From IMG/VR virus record IMGVR_UViG_3300044712_002699, positions 16,744 through 80,743 of that record: a stretch of 64,000 nucleotides of DNA; one strand, given 5' to 3'. This stretch comes from a virus. The translations under genes and the position numbers were made by a program. Shown piece by piece: positions 1-9,274 of this stretch (the first letter of the stretch is position 1; every line of letters starts with the position of its first letter). The notes below the pieces were generated by a model. That model searched no databases. It was not told the DNA's origin and saw only the letters and a program-made list of their open reading frames with translations.

Positions 1-3000
1 GGTATAAATTGGCTCGATAATCAGGATTTACCGAGTCCCACGTATCTTCATCAGAACCAATATAGACATAATAGTCTCCAGGCTCAAAGTTTTGAACATC
101 TAGGGCACCGCCCAGGATTTTCAGACTCATAATATCCTTATAGTTAAAGAGCGGGAGCCGAATCTCTAAATAAGAAACATCCACGTCTTTGAGATTAATT
201 GATCTAGTCGTATCAACCGAATCGGAAAAATATAGTATGTTATCTGGAGTAATTCCTAGATGATCATCGGAGCCCTCTTCAATAGAAATTTTGACGCACC
301 GATGACCGAAGGCTTGGGTAAAATCATCTATAACTTGCTGAAACGTAGCTGTTATCTTTCCTACATTGATACAATAAGCAGGCTTTTTATCAAGATTAAG
401 AACTAAGTAAGACCCCTCTGGATCAATTATAGAATTGATTAGGAACAGTTGCCCCTTATAGTAATGGTTTAACTCATCCCAGCAATCTTCAATCCCGGCA
501 ATATACACTTGATATGACTGCTCAGTTCCTAAGTCAAATTTAGTTTCCGGCATCCAATCCAATGTGAAGCTTTGAGGAATAAGTGGAGACCACCTATACG
601 CTTTATGTTTTCTCTCCAAGTCATAGCTTTGAGCCGACTCAGCCTCATTAACGATCAAAGTATCTCTCAATAACTTGATATCTGAAACGTACGCGCCGCT
701 AAGAGAGGGTGCCGGTTCACAAAAGTTAAATGGCACATCGGGTGCGGCACAAAAGAAGAATTCAGAAACCCACTCACACTTTTCACCAGTAGCATCTAAG
801 ATATCGGCTCCGTCCATTCTCCACCTGTAGACGTTGCCACTGTCTCGACGGATTTCTATCTTAAACCATTTCCCTGCCGGTATGGTTGTGTCAAACAAAT
901 CGAAGGTTTGAGTTATAAGAGGATTGCCTGTTGGTATATCTAGTAATGTATATTCCAACACTCGCCCCTCCCGTATGGCGGCTTGAACCTGACCTAAGTT
1001 TACCCTGAGATCGAACAGCACAATTTCTCTATCCACTAATTCAGATAATTCAGGAAACCTCAAATAACAAGAAAATGAGAAACGGAGCCCAAGCTGCCAG
1101 TCATATGACTCGTAATCAAAAACCGGAAAACCAGACGTAGTCATAATACTGGTAGGGTTACCGTAAGGATCAACTATGTTTTCTACTGAAGACCCTAAGC
1201 CCGGGCTTACCTGATGTTGAAATGGTTCACAGGAGAAAAAATGACCCACAGCGGGAATAGTGGTTTCTGTAAGGGGAACACTCAACATTACAGTCGAACC
1301 CTCTTGTGCAGACGGGGCTTCTCCAAAATATCGAATCGATTTGTTAAAAATATTTATTTTCAAGTACGCGCTATGATCTTCAAACCAAGACTCTTGAATA
1401 GAATACCCCTCCCATGACTCAAAATTATTTGTCAGAGGTTTCAAAATTACGTGCCATGTTCCTATATAAGTAGCCCGGTAATCGCCTGTCAAGAACATAG
1501 TCTGATCTAAGTCATGCTTAGCGGGCGTAACAAAAATCTGGTTTCGGTACTCTGGATCGAATAGGCTCCACTTGTGGTCTCTGCTGGAAATATAAACGTG
1601 ATAGGCCCCCGACTCATAACGATCCATTGTGTAGGGAAGACCGTTCTCAAAATACAGAGGTGGTCTTAAATCAAGGATCCCAAGACTCAACCTGCGTTCA
1701 CGAATATATGTGAGATAACCGCTTATAGTACTGTAATATGTATCCGGGCTTCGGTAAACAAGATCGTTTTGACCCGCGTCCCAATGAAGAGCCGGGCCAA
1801 CTTTACATCGATACGCTCCCAAGAAAGTATCAGAACTCTGAATGTCCAGCACTGTCCACTCAGAACCGTCCCACTTGATAACAACCCCATCTCCTGCGGC
1901 ATAGACGTTGTCCGGGTTTGTTCCATGTACAGAGAAGAGATTAGAGACAGTTGGAGAGTCCATCTCGCCCCACACGGTTCCGTTAAAATAGAGAATTTTA
2001 CCTCCGTCCCCGACAACAAATACGTCCCATCTAGAATGAGCCCAAGCGCCGTTGAGCCGTTCTGTAACAAATTGAGGGGCCTGTAAGAATGGGCCGCTTA
2101 TTATATTACCCGAGAACAAAAACCCAATATACCCGTCATCCCCCACAACAACCGTGAAGGGATATTCTCCAGCAACAGTTGACACTCCATTGAGACGAGT
2201 TCCTGTGTACGCACATCTATTCCAAACAACATTTGCGCTTCCCACGCCTCTATTGAGAACCCTTCCATTCTCTCCCACAGCAATTACCATCTCGTGAGAT
2301 GCTGAGACTGCTCTCATACCATCCGTAATTGGAGGAATATACTTCTCCCACACCTCTCCAACAATAAACATCAAAAACTTAGCATAACATCGAAACCTGA
2401 AATATCTAGATGGAGGTTCTGGCAAAACATAGTTGTTGTAAAGAATAGTTATTGGCTGCCAATAATCTGTCCAATCTTTCTGCCAAGTCTTACCGCTATC
2501 TTCAGAAACCAATATGGTAGTAGCAAGTCTAACATCCGGTAATAAAGAGGGCTGGTCTACCGGATCACCGACGCAGTAGATATAACCGTGTTCTGACGTA
2601 ATCCCCTGGAGATGAGAGGGCTGGAAATCGAGTTGCTCCTGAGTAGGGGACACATCGCTCCAGTTATTCCCGTCCGCCGATTCGTTGTAATAACCAACAT
2701 AACAATCCTCGCCACAAAAAAGAAGATTGTTCTTGTCGAATGTCGTATCGAAAGTAACACCAAGCCAAGTATTGATACCAACCGGCTCAGACACCTGAGT
2801 AAACTCTGGGTCTCCTGAAACCGTCTTGTGGTATCGGTAACATTGCGACCCAGCGAGATATAAGTCTTCTACAAGAGTCCCAGCGTTGGTCGGATCAAGG
2901 GTACACTTACTGATGTACCCGTCTTCAACAATTAGGTCTACTTCACCAACATATTTTGCTCCAATCTTATGGATCGGCTCCTGATAAATGGGGAAAGTGA

Positions 3001-4264
3001 GGTGAAATTCATCCGTTGATGCATCTATAAGAAACAACTGGTTTCGATAACCAGGACATAAAATATCCCATCTCTGAGTATTGGCTCCGACATAAACGTG
3101 ATACTTACCAGTCTTGATGGCTTCAGTTCTCAGGTAATTGTACAGAATTCGACCATGTCCTAATGGGTACCGAAAGTTAGTAGCAGATGAGGAAACTGTT
3201 AAGTATCTGGTATCTACATTTGTCCCAGCTATCAGTTCAACTTCGTAGCCGATATACACCAAGTGACCGTGGACAAGATGAAGCCGAGTCGTTGGATTGT
3301 CAAGGATAGTTATTGTGGCTATCCTGGCTTTCTCCCTTGTAAAAGGGCTTACCACTTCTTCTAGATCAACATCAACATTCCCTACATACGCAGCCCCAAC
3401 CCCTCTGTCTTGACCTATATTTAGTGAGAATAAACTATGATGACCCGGTCGATGACAAAAATCACTGCTGGATTCTACGAGAAAAAGATCACCCCGATAA
3501 CCTACTCTTACAGCATCCCACTCTTCCTGGTTGGAGGCTATATACACATTACAGTTTATCGTAGAAGTCGAAGATAATGGGTCGTAAACTTTTCTGGCAT
3601 TGATCTGTAAAGGTTTTCGGAAGTCTCGTTTATCCGCCTTCAACGTTACGTACGCGGTAGAAACTTCTGTATCACCAACAAGTCTGGTGGGGGATACTCC
3701 AGGATCGTCCAGAACCAATCCACCAGGAATCTCAGAAAGATAAGGGTCGCTACCTTCCAACACGATTACGTTGAACCTAAAACCGCTTCCGTCAATTATC
3801 CTCGCGTTTATCCTAGCAGACCCTAAATGGAGTCCATAAACTCTTCGTTTTACCTGACCATCTCGTATGATAACAGGTAAATTCAGAAGGTTTCCGTCGT
3901 TAGGAGTAGAGAGAGAAAGGAAAACCTGTCCTCGATAAACTTCGGGCCAATAGACGGTCGTGCTCGCAAGATAAACCTGATAAGTGCCGGGAACAAACTC
4001 TTCCCAATCGAGACGCGCCGATCCAGTAGTCCTCCACGTAACCTTTAAGATAGGTCTATACTTACCCATACCCTGTCTTAGGGTTAAAAAAGAGGCAGGA
4101 ACATCAGTACCACCTATCGGGAGAATAAAATTAGGGTCTGATGACTCATACTTTAGACCCTCATACTCATCCAGGTTCAAGCCAGGATCGTAGGCTATCA
4201 AGTTCGTAATTTTAGGAGACGGTAAAGTATCTCCAAGCACAGTTATAGTAGGGTAGTAAGGCAC
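1..4264 (-). CDS. Giant repeat-containing putative virion structural protein, >1420 aa, truncated by the window edge; paralog of 9274..14259
   Basis: GTG at 4264 with AAAGGA RBS. The N-terminus MPYYPTITVLGDTLPSPKITNL resembles MPVTPTITILDNTIQKPEAKNL. The same frame at the window start reads YYVYIGSDEDTWDSVNPDYRANLY, a copy of the repeat in the neighbouring proteins. Its absence from the ORF track is consistent with no stop before base 1. Confidence 0.8.
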   Translation of the reverse strand, partial: MPYYPTITVLGDTLPSPKITNLIAYDPGLNLDEYEGLKYESSDPNFILPIGGTDVPASFLTLRQGMGKYRPILKVTWRTTGSARLDWEEFVPGTYQVYLASTTVYWPEVYRGQVFLSLSTPNDGNLLNLPVIIRDGQVKRRVYGLHLGSARINARIIDGSGFRFNVIVLEGSDPYLSEIPGGLVLDDPGVSPTRLVGDTEVSTAYVTLKADKRDFRKPLQINARKVYDPLSSTSTINCNVYIASNQEEWDAVRVGYRGDLFLVESSSDFCHRPGHHSLFSLNIGQDRGVGAAYVGNVDVDLEEVVSPFTREKARIATITILDNPTTRLHLVHGHLVYIGYEVELIAGTNVDTRYLTVSSSATNFRYPLGHGRILYNYLRTEAIKTGKYHVYVGANTQRWDILCPGYRNQLFLIDASTDEFHLTFPIYQEPIHKIGAKYVGEVDLIVEDGYISKCTLDPTNAGTLVEDLYLAGSQCYRYHKTVSGDPEFTQVSEPVGINTWLGVTFDTTFDKNNLLFCGEDCYVGYYNESADGNNWSDVSPTQEQLDFQPSHLQGITSEHGYIYCVGDPVDQPSLLPDVRLATTILVSEDSGKTWQKDWTDYWQPITILYNNYVLPEPPSRYFRFRCYAKFLMFIVGEVWEKYIPPITDGMRAVSASHEMVIAVGENGRVLNRGVGSANVVWNRCAYTGTRLNGVSTVAGEYPFTVVVGDDGYIGFLFSGNIISGPFLQAPQFVTERLNGAWAHSRWDVFVVGDGGKILYFNGTVWGEMDSPTVSNLFSVHGTNPDNVYAAGDGVVIKWDGSEWTVLDIQSSDTFLGAYRCKVGPALHWDAGQNDLVYRSPDTYYSTISGYLTYIRERRLSLGILDLRPPLYFENGLPYTMDRYESGAYHVYISSRDHKWSLFDPEYRNQIFVTPAKHDLDQTMFLTGDYRATYIGTWHVILKPLTNNFESWEGYSIQESWFEDHSAYLKINIFNKSIRYFGEAPSAQEGSTVMLSVPLTETTIPAVGHFFSCEPFQHQVSPGLGSSVENIVDPYGNPTSIMTTSGFPVFDYESYDWQLGLRFSFSCYLRFPELSELVDREIVLFDLRVNLGQVQAAIREGRVLEYTLLDIPTGNPLITQTFDLFDTTIPAGKWFKIEIRRDSGNVYRWRMDGADILDATGEKCEWVSEFFFCAAPDVPFNFCEPAPSLSGAYVSDIKLLRDTLIVNEAESAQSYDLERKHKAYRWSPLIPQSFTLDWMPETKFDLGTEQSYQVYIAGIEDCWDELNHYYKGQLFLINSIIDPEGSYLVLNLDKKPAYCINVGKITATFQQVIDDFTQAFGHRCVKISIEEGSDDHLGITPDNILYFSDSVDTTRSINLKDVDVSYLEIRLPLFNYKDIMSLKILGGALDVQNFEPGDYYVYIGSDEDTWDSVNPDYRANLY

Positions 4265-4275
4265 ATCAAATCCTT

Positions 4276-6999
4276 TTACTCGTCTATAGACAAGTAATGG
4301 CTAATCCTAAAATTGGAAAAGAAAAGTCGATGGACAGGGAATCGGTAAAAATACGACTCTCCATACTGAGAAATTATACCCCAGCTATTTTCTGACTCCC
4401 TAAATGACATAATATAGTACTCTCGATTCGGAGAATCAGTTTCAAATAACGTTCTCGAGTATTGATACTCACACAAATCCCCATTTACGTCCCGAAGAAT
4501 CTTCCAGTCTTCGTTTGAAGGTTTGATGTAAATCCTGATAATGGAGCTTGCTTTTTCTCTCTCGAACCGAAATCCCGTCACATAACCTTCGGGCGGAAAA
4601 ATAAAATCAGGCCCCATATCAAATGGCATCCCCTCCACCGTGATACGCCCATACGATCCACCGACTTCGTTACCGTTATAATAGGCTAGAGTAATCTCCC
4701 ACGGAACAATGTTATCCTCAGTATCTTCAACCGCGTAACCAGACAAGATTGTTGATGTAAATTGAACCTGGGGAAATTTCATAAATAGCTCGACTCGGTA
4801 TCCCTGAGACATTCTCATAGGATCTCTTCCAAGACTCAAGTCAGGGTGTACTATTATCTTCACTTCTTTAAATTCGTACCCGCCGCCGTCTTCTGTTAAG
4901 GCATAAGAACTAACTCCAAGACACATACCCCCATCTTGCTGAGGCAAGTAACCCATAGACCCCCCACAATACACAAGAGAGGGAGACCATCCATACTCCC
5001 AATGCACGTCACCATACTCAGAAGTACCGGGGATCAACTCTGTAACTACAGTAGAAGCACATCGATATGTTACACAGAGTTCTCGAAAAAATTGCTCGGT
5101 CGTTAAAAAACCAGGACTCCCAGACTCAGATTCACAAGGAATACTGGTATCTTCGTACCGGGTAAACGCATTTGCTAAATAATAGAACCCTGTAATCCAG
5201 TCATACTCTTCTACCGGGGCTGTACTCATAGCACCGGCACAGTCAGAGATATAGAGAGGAGAAACCTTTGTTGGGAGAGAGGTTCCTTTCTGTATCTTTA
5301 TGTTTTTATAGTAGACCTTACCGTTATTACAAGAAAGCAAAGACGATTCAACCCCATAACTCTGTGAACCAGTAAAGAAAGAGTCCGTGTCCCAATAAAC
5401 GTCACTCTCCCAACCACAATATCTAGATCGCCTATCAAGAAGCACCTCATCGTTAAGGTACCACGTATAGGCATTCGTATCCTTATTTCTTGTAAGAGTT
5501 AACTTGAACCAAGAGTCGATAGGAATTGCTGAGAGATTTAATGCAAACTTGGCACAAAAACTCCCCCAGTTAATCTGAGACGCCTCGCTGTGAAAGACCC
5601 AAAATTTTCCAACTCTACTAAAACGAGCAAAAAACCAAGTTTCCATAGAAGGCATAAAAGGTTGAGGAGGCTGTTCCGAGGTAGAAAAGCTAAATAATGA
5701 AACACTCAGAGTAGTATATGTTACGTGAGAATCGATAAACAAATCAACATCAAATATAAAGTTGGGGCCAGTAATAAAGGTATCTACGTTTCCTCCGTCA
5801 ACAGTATTCAGATCTAAAATTACAAATCCCTGCCCGGCTCCTGTCATATATGCAGTATAAGGCAAGCCCGTCCGGTCATCACTAGCTGCGGTAATAGTAA
5901 TTGATCTATCAAAAACTTCGTCCTTAATAGTTCTCGTACCAACAGAGGGTATCTCAGTAAGAGGCAACTCAAAACTTGTCATTGGGTAAGGTATATAAGC
6001 AAAATCTTTCTTCCACAGGTCACTGGGAGTTGCTTCAGGTGGAGGCGGAGTAGTGGTCAGGGGCTCTGAGATATAAAAGATATCTACGGCGTACTCTTCA
6101 TTAGATGACTCTCCTCCAAGATAATATATCTTATTTTGATACCCCACACCAACATGAGCCTCTCGATGAGTCCCCCCGTCAAGAATCGAACTCCAGTGTC
6201 CTATAGAAGGGTCGTACATCTCGTTATATGATGGGATAATACCTACGTCAAACGAGCCAGACCATACAAAGATACGATTCGCAATAACAGCACCAGCAGT
6301 ATCACTTCGACCTGTAATGAGACCTGGACCCAGGGACCACGTAGAAGTCGAAAAGTTGAATATTTCTACTAAATTTTCTCTGTATTTAGCAAGAGAATTT
6401 CCGCCTATAGTAAAAAACTGGTTATTCAGAACAAGCCCTAAACCGAAAACTCTCCCAGTACCTCCGCTGACGCCCGATGTCCACTGACCTGTTGTGAAAT
6501 CGAAAATATCCATAGAAGTAAAAACGCGCTGGTCATTACCCCAAAATCGCCTATCTGTCCCTCCCCACGCGTACATCTTTGTTCCGTAAACACCGCAACA
6601 ATGTCCGAAGCGAGGTTGTCCTCCTGTAAGAGCACCTGTCCAGGTGTAATTACTAAAATTGAATATATCCATTGTGTTCAAAACAACTTCACTGTAATAG
6701 TCTGAAACACCTCCCCATACATACATGTTATCATTGTAAACAACCGCGGAATGGTATCTACGCGGAGTCGGGGCCTCTGGGCCTAGTGTCCAGACTCCAT
6801 CGGCAATATCCAAAATATAGAGATTATTCGAGATGTGGTCGGTATCATTTGGATCGGTTCCCCATCCACCGAAATAGAATATCTTACCGCCATACTGAAC
6901 AGCGGATCCCCACCCTGTCGGGTACATCTCTAGAGACATAGCAGGTCCGACAGACCAACCATAAGATAGCGGAGATATTGTACGGGTTGTTTGAGTCAT
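4276..6999 (-). CDS. Kelch-repeat beta-propeller protein with C-terminal beta-sandwich (LamG-like) regions, putative virion protein
   Basis: About six Kelch repeats (IFYFGG, MYVWGG, MYAWGG, FFTIGG, IFVWSG, IYYLGG, with W-x motifs) in the first ~310 aa, then a TTTPPPP linker. Confidence 0.8.
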   Translation of the reverse strand: MTQTTRTISPLSYGWSVGPAMSLEMYPTGWGSAVQYGGKIFYFGGWGTDPNDTDHISNNLYILDIADGVWTLGPEAPTPRRYHSAVVYNDNMYVWGGVSDYYSEVVLNTMDIFNFSNYTWTGALTGGQPRFGHCCGVYGTKMYAWGGTDRRFWGNDQRVFTSMDIFDFTTGQWTSGVSGGTGRVFGLGLVLNNQFFTIGGNSLAKYRENLVEIFNFSTSTWSLGPGLITGRSDTAGAVIANRIFVWSGSFDVGIIPSYNEMYDPSIGHWSSILDGGTHREAHVGVGYQNKIYYLGGESSNEEYAVDIFYISEPLTTTPPPPEATPSDLWKKDFAYIPYPMTSFELPLTEIPSVGTRTIKDEVFDRSITITAASDDRTGLPYTAYMTGAGQGFVILDLNTVDGGNVDTFITGPNFIFDVDLFIDSHVTYTTLSVSLFSFSTSEQPPQPFMPSMETWFFARFSRVGKFWVFHSEASQINWGSFCAKFALNLSAIPIDSWFKLTLTRNKDTNAYTWYLNDEVLLDRRSRYCGWESDVYWDTDSFFTGSQSYGVESSLLSCNNGKVYYKNIKIQKGTSLPTKVSPLYISDCAGAMSTAPVEEYDWITGFYYLANAFTRYEDTSIPCESESGSPGFLTTEQFFRELCVTYRCASTVVTELIPGTSEYGDVHWEYGWSPSLVYCGGSMGYLPQQDGGMCLGVSSYALTEDGGGYEFKEVKIIVHPDLSLGRDPMRMSQGYRVELFMKFPQVQFTSTILSGYAVEDTEDNIVPWEITLAYYNGNEVGGSYGRITVEGMPFDMGPDFIFPPEGYVTGFRFEREKASSIIRIYIKPSNEDWKILRDVNGDLCEYQYSRTLFETDSPNREYYIMSFRESENSWGIISQYGESYFYRFPVHRLFFSNFRISHYLSIDE

Positions 7000-7014
7000 T
7001 GCTAATAAACCACT

Positions 7015-8292
7015 TTACGGGCCGGGGTTTTCTGTTGTCGAAGTAAGAATAGTGCCCGTCGTAGTAGTGGAAAACGTAGTTGTCGTTGTGGTAGAAGAGG
7101 ACTTTTCCATAGCCGTCTCAGTAGAGTCCAACTCAACGAGGAGTGAAGGACCTCCTGAGGGCCGCTTAACGATTGCTGCCGCTCTCCGAATACTAATAGG
7201 AACCTTGCCAAGAGAAGCCATTTCATCAGGTATCAATTTGTTAAGAGGATTAGATTCTAAAGAAACAAAAATGTTATCGCCCACAGACGGCATAATCCCT
7301 CCGATAACACCGTTTTCAGTTGATATCTGAAATATCCTGTTGAGTCCAAAACCCGTCAACTCTCCTGATGGCAAAACGCCTATCATACTGCCTTCTGCGG
7401 TATAAAAATACCTATCCGGCCAAATGGGGATATCTACTCGACCCGACTGAACCATCTTGTTAATGTCTACACTTTTGGAAACAACCCAAGACTTCAAAAC
7501 AATCTGGTCATAATAATCCATTACGTCTCGGTCAGTTTCAAACTCAATACCGAAATATATCGGGTTACAGTTCAAAAAATCCGGTTGCCAAACAAAACCG
7601 CAGATAAGGGATCCTCCAGAATACCTTGATTCCGTTGTCACGCCTGATACAATTATCCTCTTCGAGCCGCCCGACGTATTGAGAATAGTAACAGGTTGCT
7701 CGACATAACTTAGAGGTCTATTCAGCTCGAAACTCCTGGTACTCTTAATCTTAACTTCTGCGAGATAAAGAGCCGTAACCGGAACCCCTCCTATCCTCCC
7801 TTTCAAGAGAGGAAGATCGTCATCATTGATTGGCTCCTTAGAAGCAATTATTGCCCCGCAATAGTGACGACCCAAAACTTTCCACTTCTCGTGAGCCGAG
7901 GTGAGGTAAAGATAGTAAAGAGAGGAACCGTAACCTTCATAATCTATTGTAAATTCCTCATTTTTAAGATAGAGAGGGGGGTTCAAGGCACTAACCGGGG
8001 AAAATGATAGACGAACGGTATCGAGAACAGTATCGTCAAGCATCAAAAACCTAGTGTCTCCCTCATTCCGGTAAATAAACTCTCCGGTATGGAGAAAGGC
8101 TTCTGTTGGCCCATCAATAATCCTAGCCACAAACGATCGGACGTCTCCTTCCGAGGGTACTAAATGATATTTACTATACCTAACCCTAACCATTCCAACC
8201 TTGGCGGATCGAATATCAAGATCCGCCCCGCCTGTATCAGATGGATTGGCGACCCACCACCACCCGCAATCATCACTTGACCAAATACTCAT
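7015..8292 (-). CDS. Hypothetical structural protein with one degenerate copy of the operon repeat and a Ser/Thr-rich C-terminal tail
   Basis: 425 aa ORF in operon. Contains YYLYLTSAHEKW...YCGAIIAS...ALYLAEV and the tail SSSTTTTTTFSTTTTGTILTSTTE. Confidence 0.7.
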   Translation of the reverse strand: MSIWSSDDCGWWWVANPSDTGGADLDIRSAKVGMVRVRYSKYHLVPSEGDVRSFVARIIDGPTEAFLHTGEFIYRNEGDTRFLMLDDTVLDTVRLSFSPVSALNPPLYLKNEEFTIDYEGYGSSLYYLYLTSAHEKWKVLGRHYCGAIIASKEPINDDDLPLLKGRIGGVPVTALYLAEVKIKSTRSFELNRPLSYVEQPVTILNTSGGSKRIIVSGVTTESRYSGGSLICGFVWQPDFLNCNPIYFGIEFETDRDVMDYYDQIVLKSWVVSKSVDINKMVQSGRVDIPIWPDRYFYTAEGSMIGVLPSGELTGFGLNRIFQISTENGVIGGIMPSVGDNIFVSLESNPLNKLIPDEMASLGKVPISIRRAAAIVKRPSGGPSLLVELDSTETAMEKSSSTTTTTTFSTTTTGTILTSTTENPGP

Positions 8293-8301
8293 ACTAGTCT
8301 C

Positions 8302-8514
8302 TTATCCACCAATGCCGCCGCTGAATGTTATGTTAGACTGGGCCAAGAAGATTTTTCCTGCATAGTCTCCCCACTCTTCTCGTAACGGCCCTACACAGAC
8401 ACACCAGTATCCAGGAACTAGGGGAACTCTTTTTATAGACCACGTAAAAGTCGGTTCTGTGTCTTCTCTTGGTATCGATCCAGCAGGATCTCTCTGTTTT
8501 AGATCACTGTCCAT
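8302..8514 (-). CDS. Small hypothetical protein (~70 aa) carrying a single repeat motif
   Basis: Likely start MDSDLK at 8514 with AAGGAG RBS. WCVCVGPLREEWGDYAGKIFLA resembles the Y-x-V-Y...W...G-x-(I/L)FL repeat. Confidence 0.55.
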   Translation of the reverse strand: MDSDLKQRDPAGSIPREDTEPTFTWSIKRVPLVPGYWCVCVGPLREEWGDYAGKIFLAQSNITFSGGIGG

Positions 8515-9274
8515 TACTTTTCTCCTTAGATATAAGAATAAATTGAGGCATAATATTAACATCAAGGAAAAACTTATCTTGAAGACCTCTCCTAACGATA
8601 GCCCGCTCGATTGCTTCTTGGGAACACTTAATTTGCTCCATTCTATGCTCCTTCGTAATAGAATTTCTATGAACTCGATGATAATGGAGGAACCTTTTTA
8701 ATTGATAGACACGTGTAATTTCACATATCCGTAGACAGAGGTCATAGTCAAAACTATAACGTATCGACTCATCAATTCCGCCAACACTGTCATAAATTGA
8801 TTTACGTAGGAGGCGAAAGTGAAACGTAAGAAATTCTGTCAACATTCCTAAATCTGTATAGGGTAAAAGCGAACTCCTTGATTTACCTACAATCCTACCG
8901 CACTCATCAATTAGTTTACAGTGGGTATAAACTAAACCTACATCAGGAAAAGCGTCCAAAACTGCAACTGTTTCTGTAAGCGTCTCTCTATCTATCCTGT
9001 CATCACTATCAACCCACCCCAAATACTCGCCCCTCGCTTCTCTAGCAGCTAACAGCAGCGGATAAGGCGTGCCTAAGTGGTGATGATAGATAACTCTCAT
9101 TCGGTCATCCATAGCCTCATAGTCTCTCAGAATATCTATTGACTTGTCAGTTGAGCCGTCATCCCACACAATAAACTCGAAGTCTTCAAAATCTTGACAT
9201 AAAACACTCTCTAAAGACCTCGCAAGATACTTCTCTCTATTATAAACCGACATTAAAATTGATACTTTAGGCAT
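8504..9274 (-). CDS. Glycosyltransferase family 2
   Basis: VSILMSVYNREKYL, IVWDDGSTD, YLGWVDSDD (DxD) and FDYDLCLR motifs. Confidence 0.93.
   Translation of the reverse strand: MPKVSILMSVYNREKYLARSLESVLCQDFEDFEFIVWDDGSTDKSIDILRDYEAMDDRMRVIYHHHLGTPYPLLLAAREARGEYLGWVDSDDRIDRETLTETVAVLDAFPDVGLVYTHCKLIDECGRIVGKSRSSLLPYTDLGMLTEFLTFHFRLLRKSIYDSVGGIDESIRYSFDYDLCLRICEITRVYQLKRFLHYHRVHRNSITKEHRMEQIKCSQEAIERAIVRRGLQDKFFLDVNIMPQFILISKEKSNGQ

Noticed and set aside
1-4264. Apparent 4 kb gap lacking long ORFs, suggesting a pseudogene or recoded stop codons
   Set aside because: Explained by one minus-strand ORF running off the window edge. Genes elsewhere end in TAA, TAG and TGA normally, so there is no sign of an alternative code.
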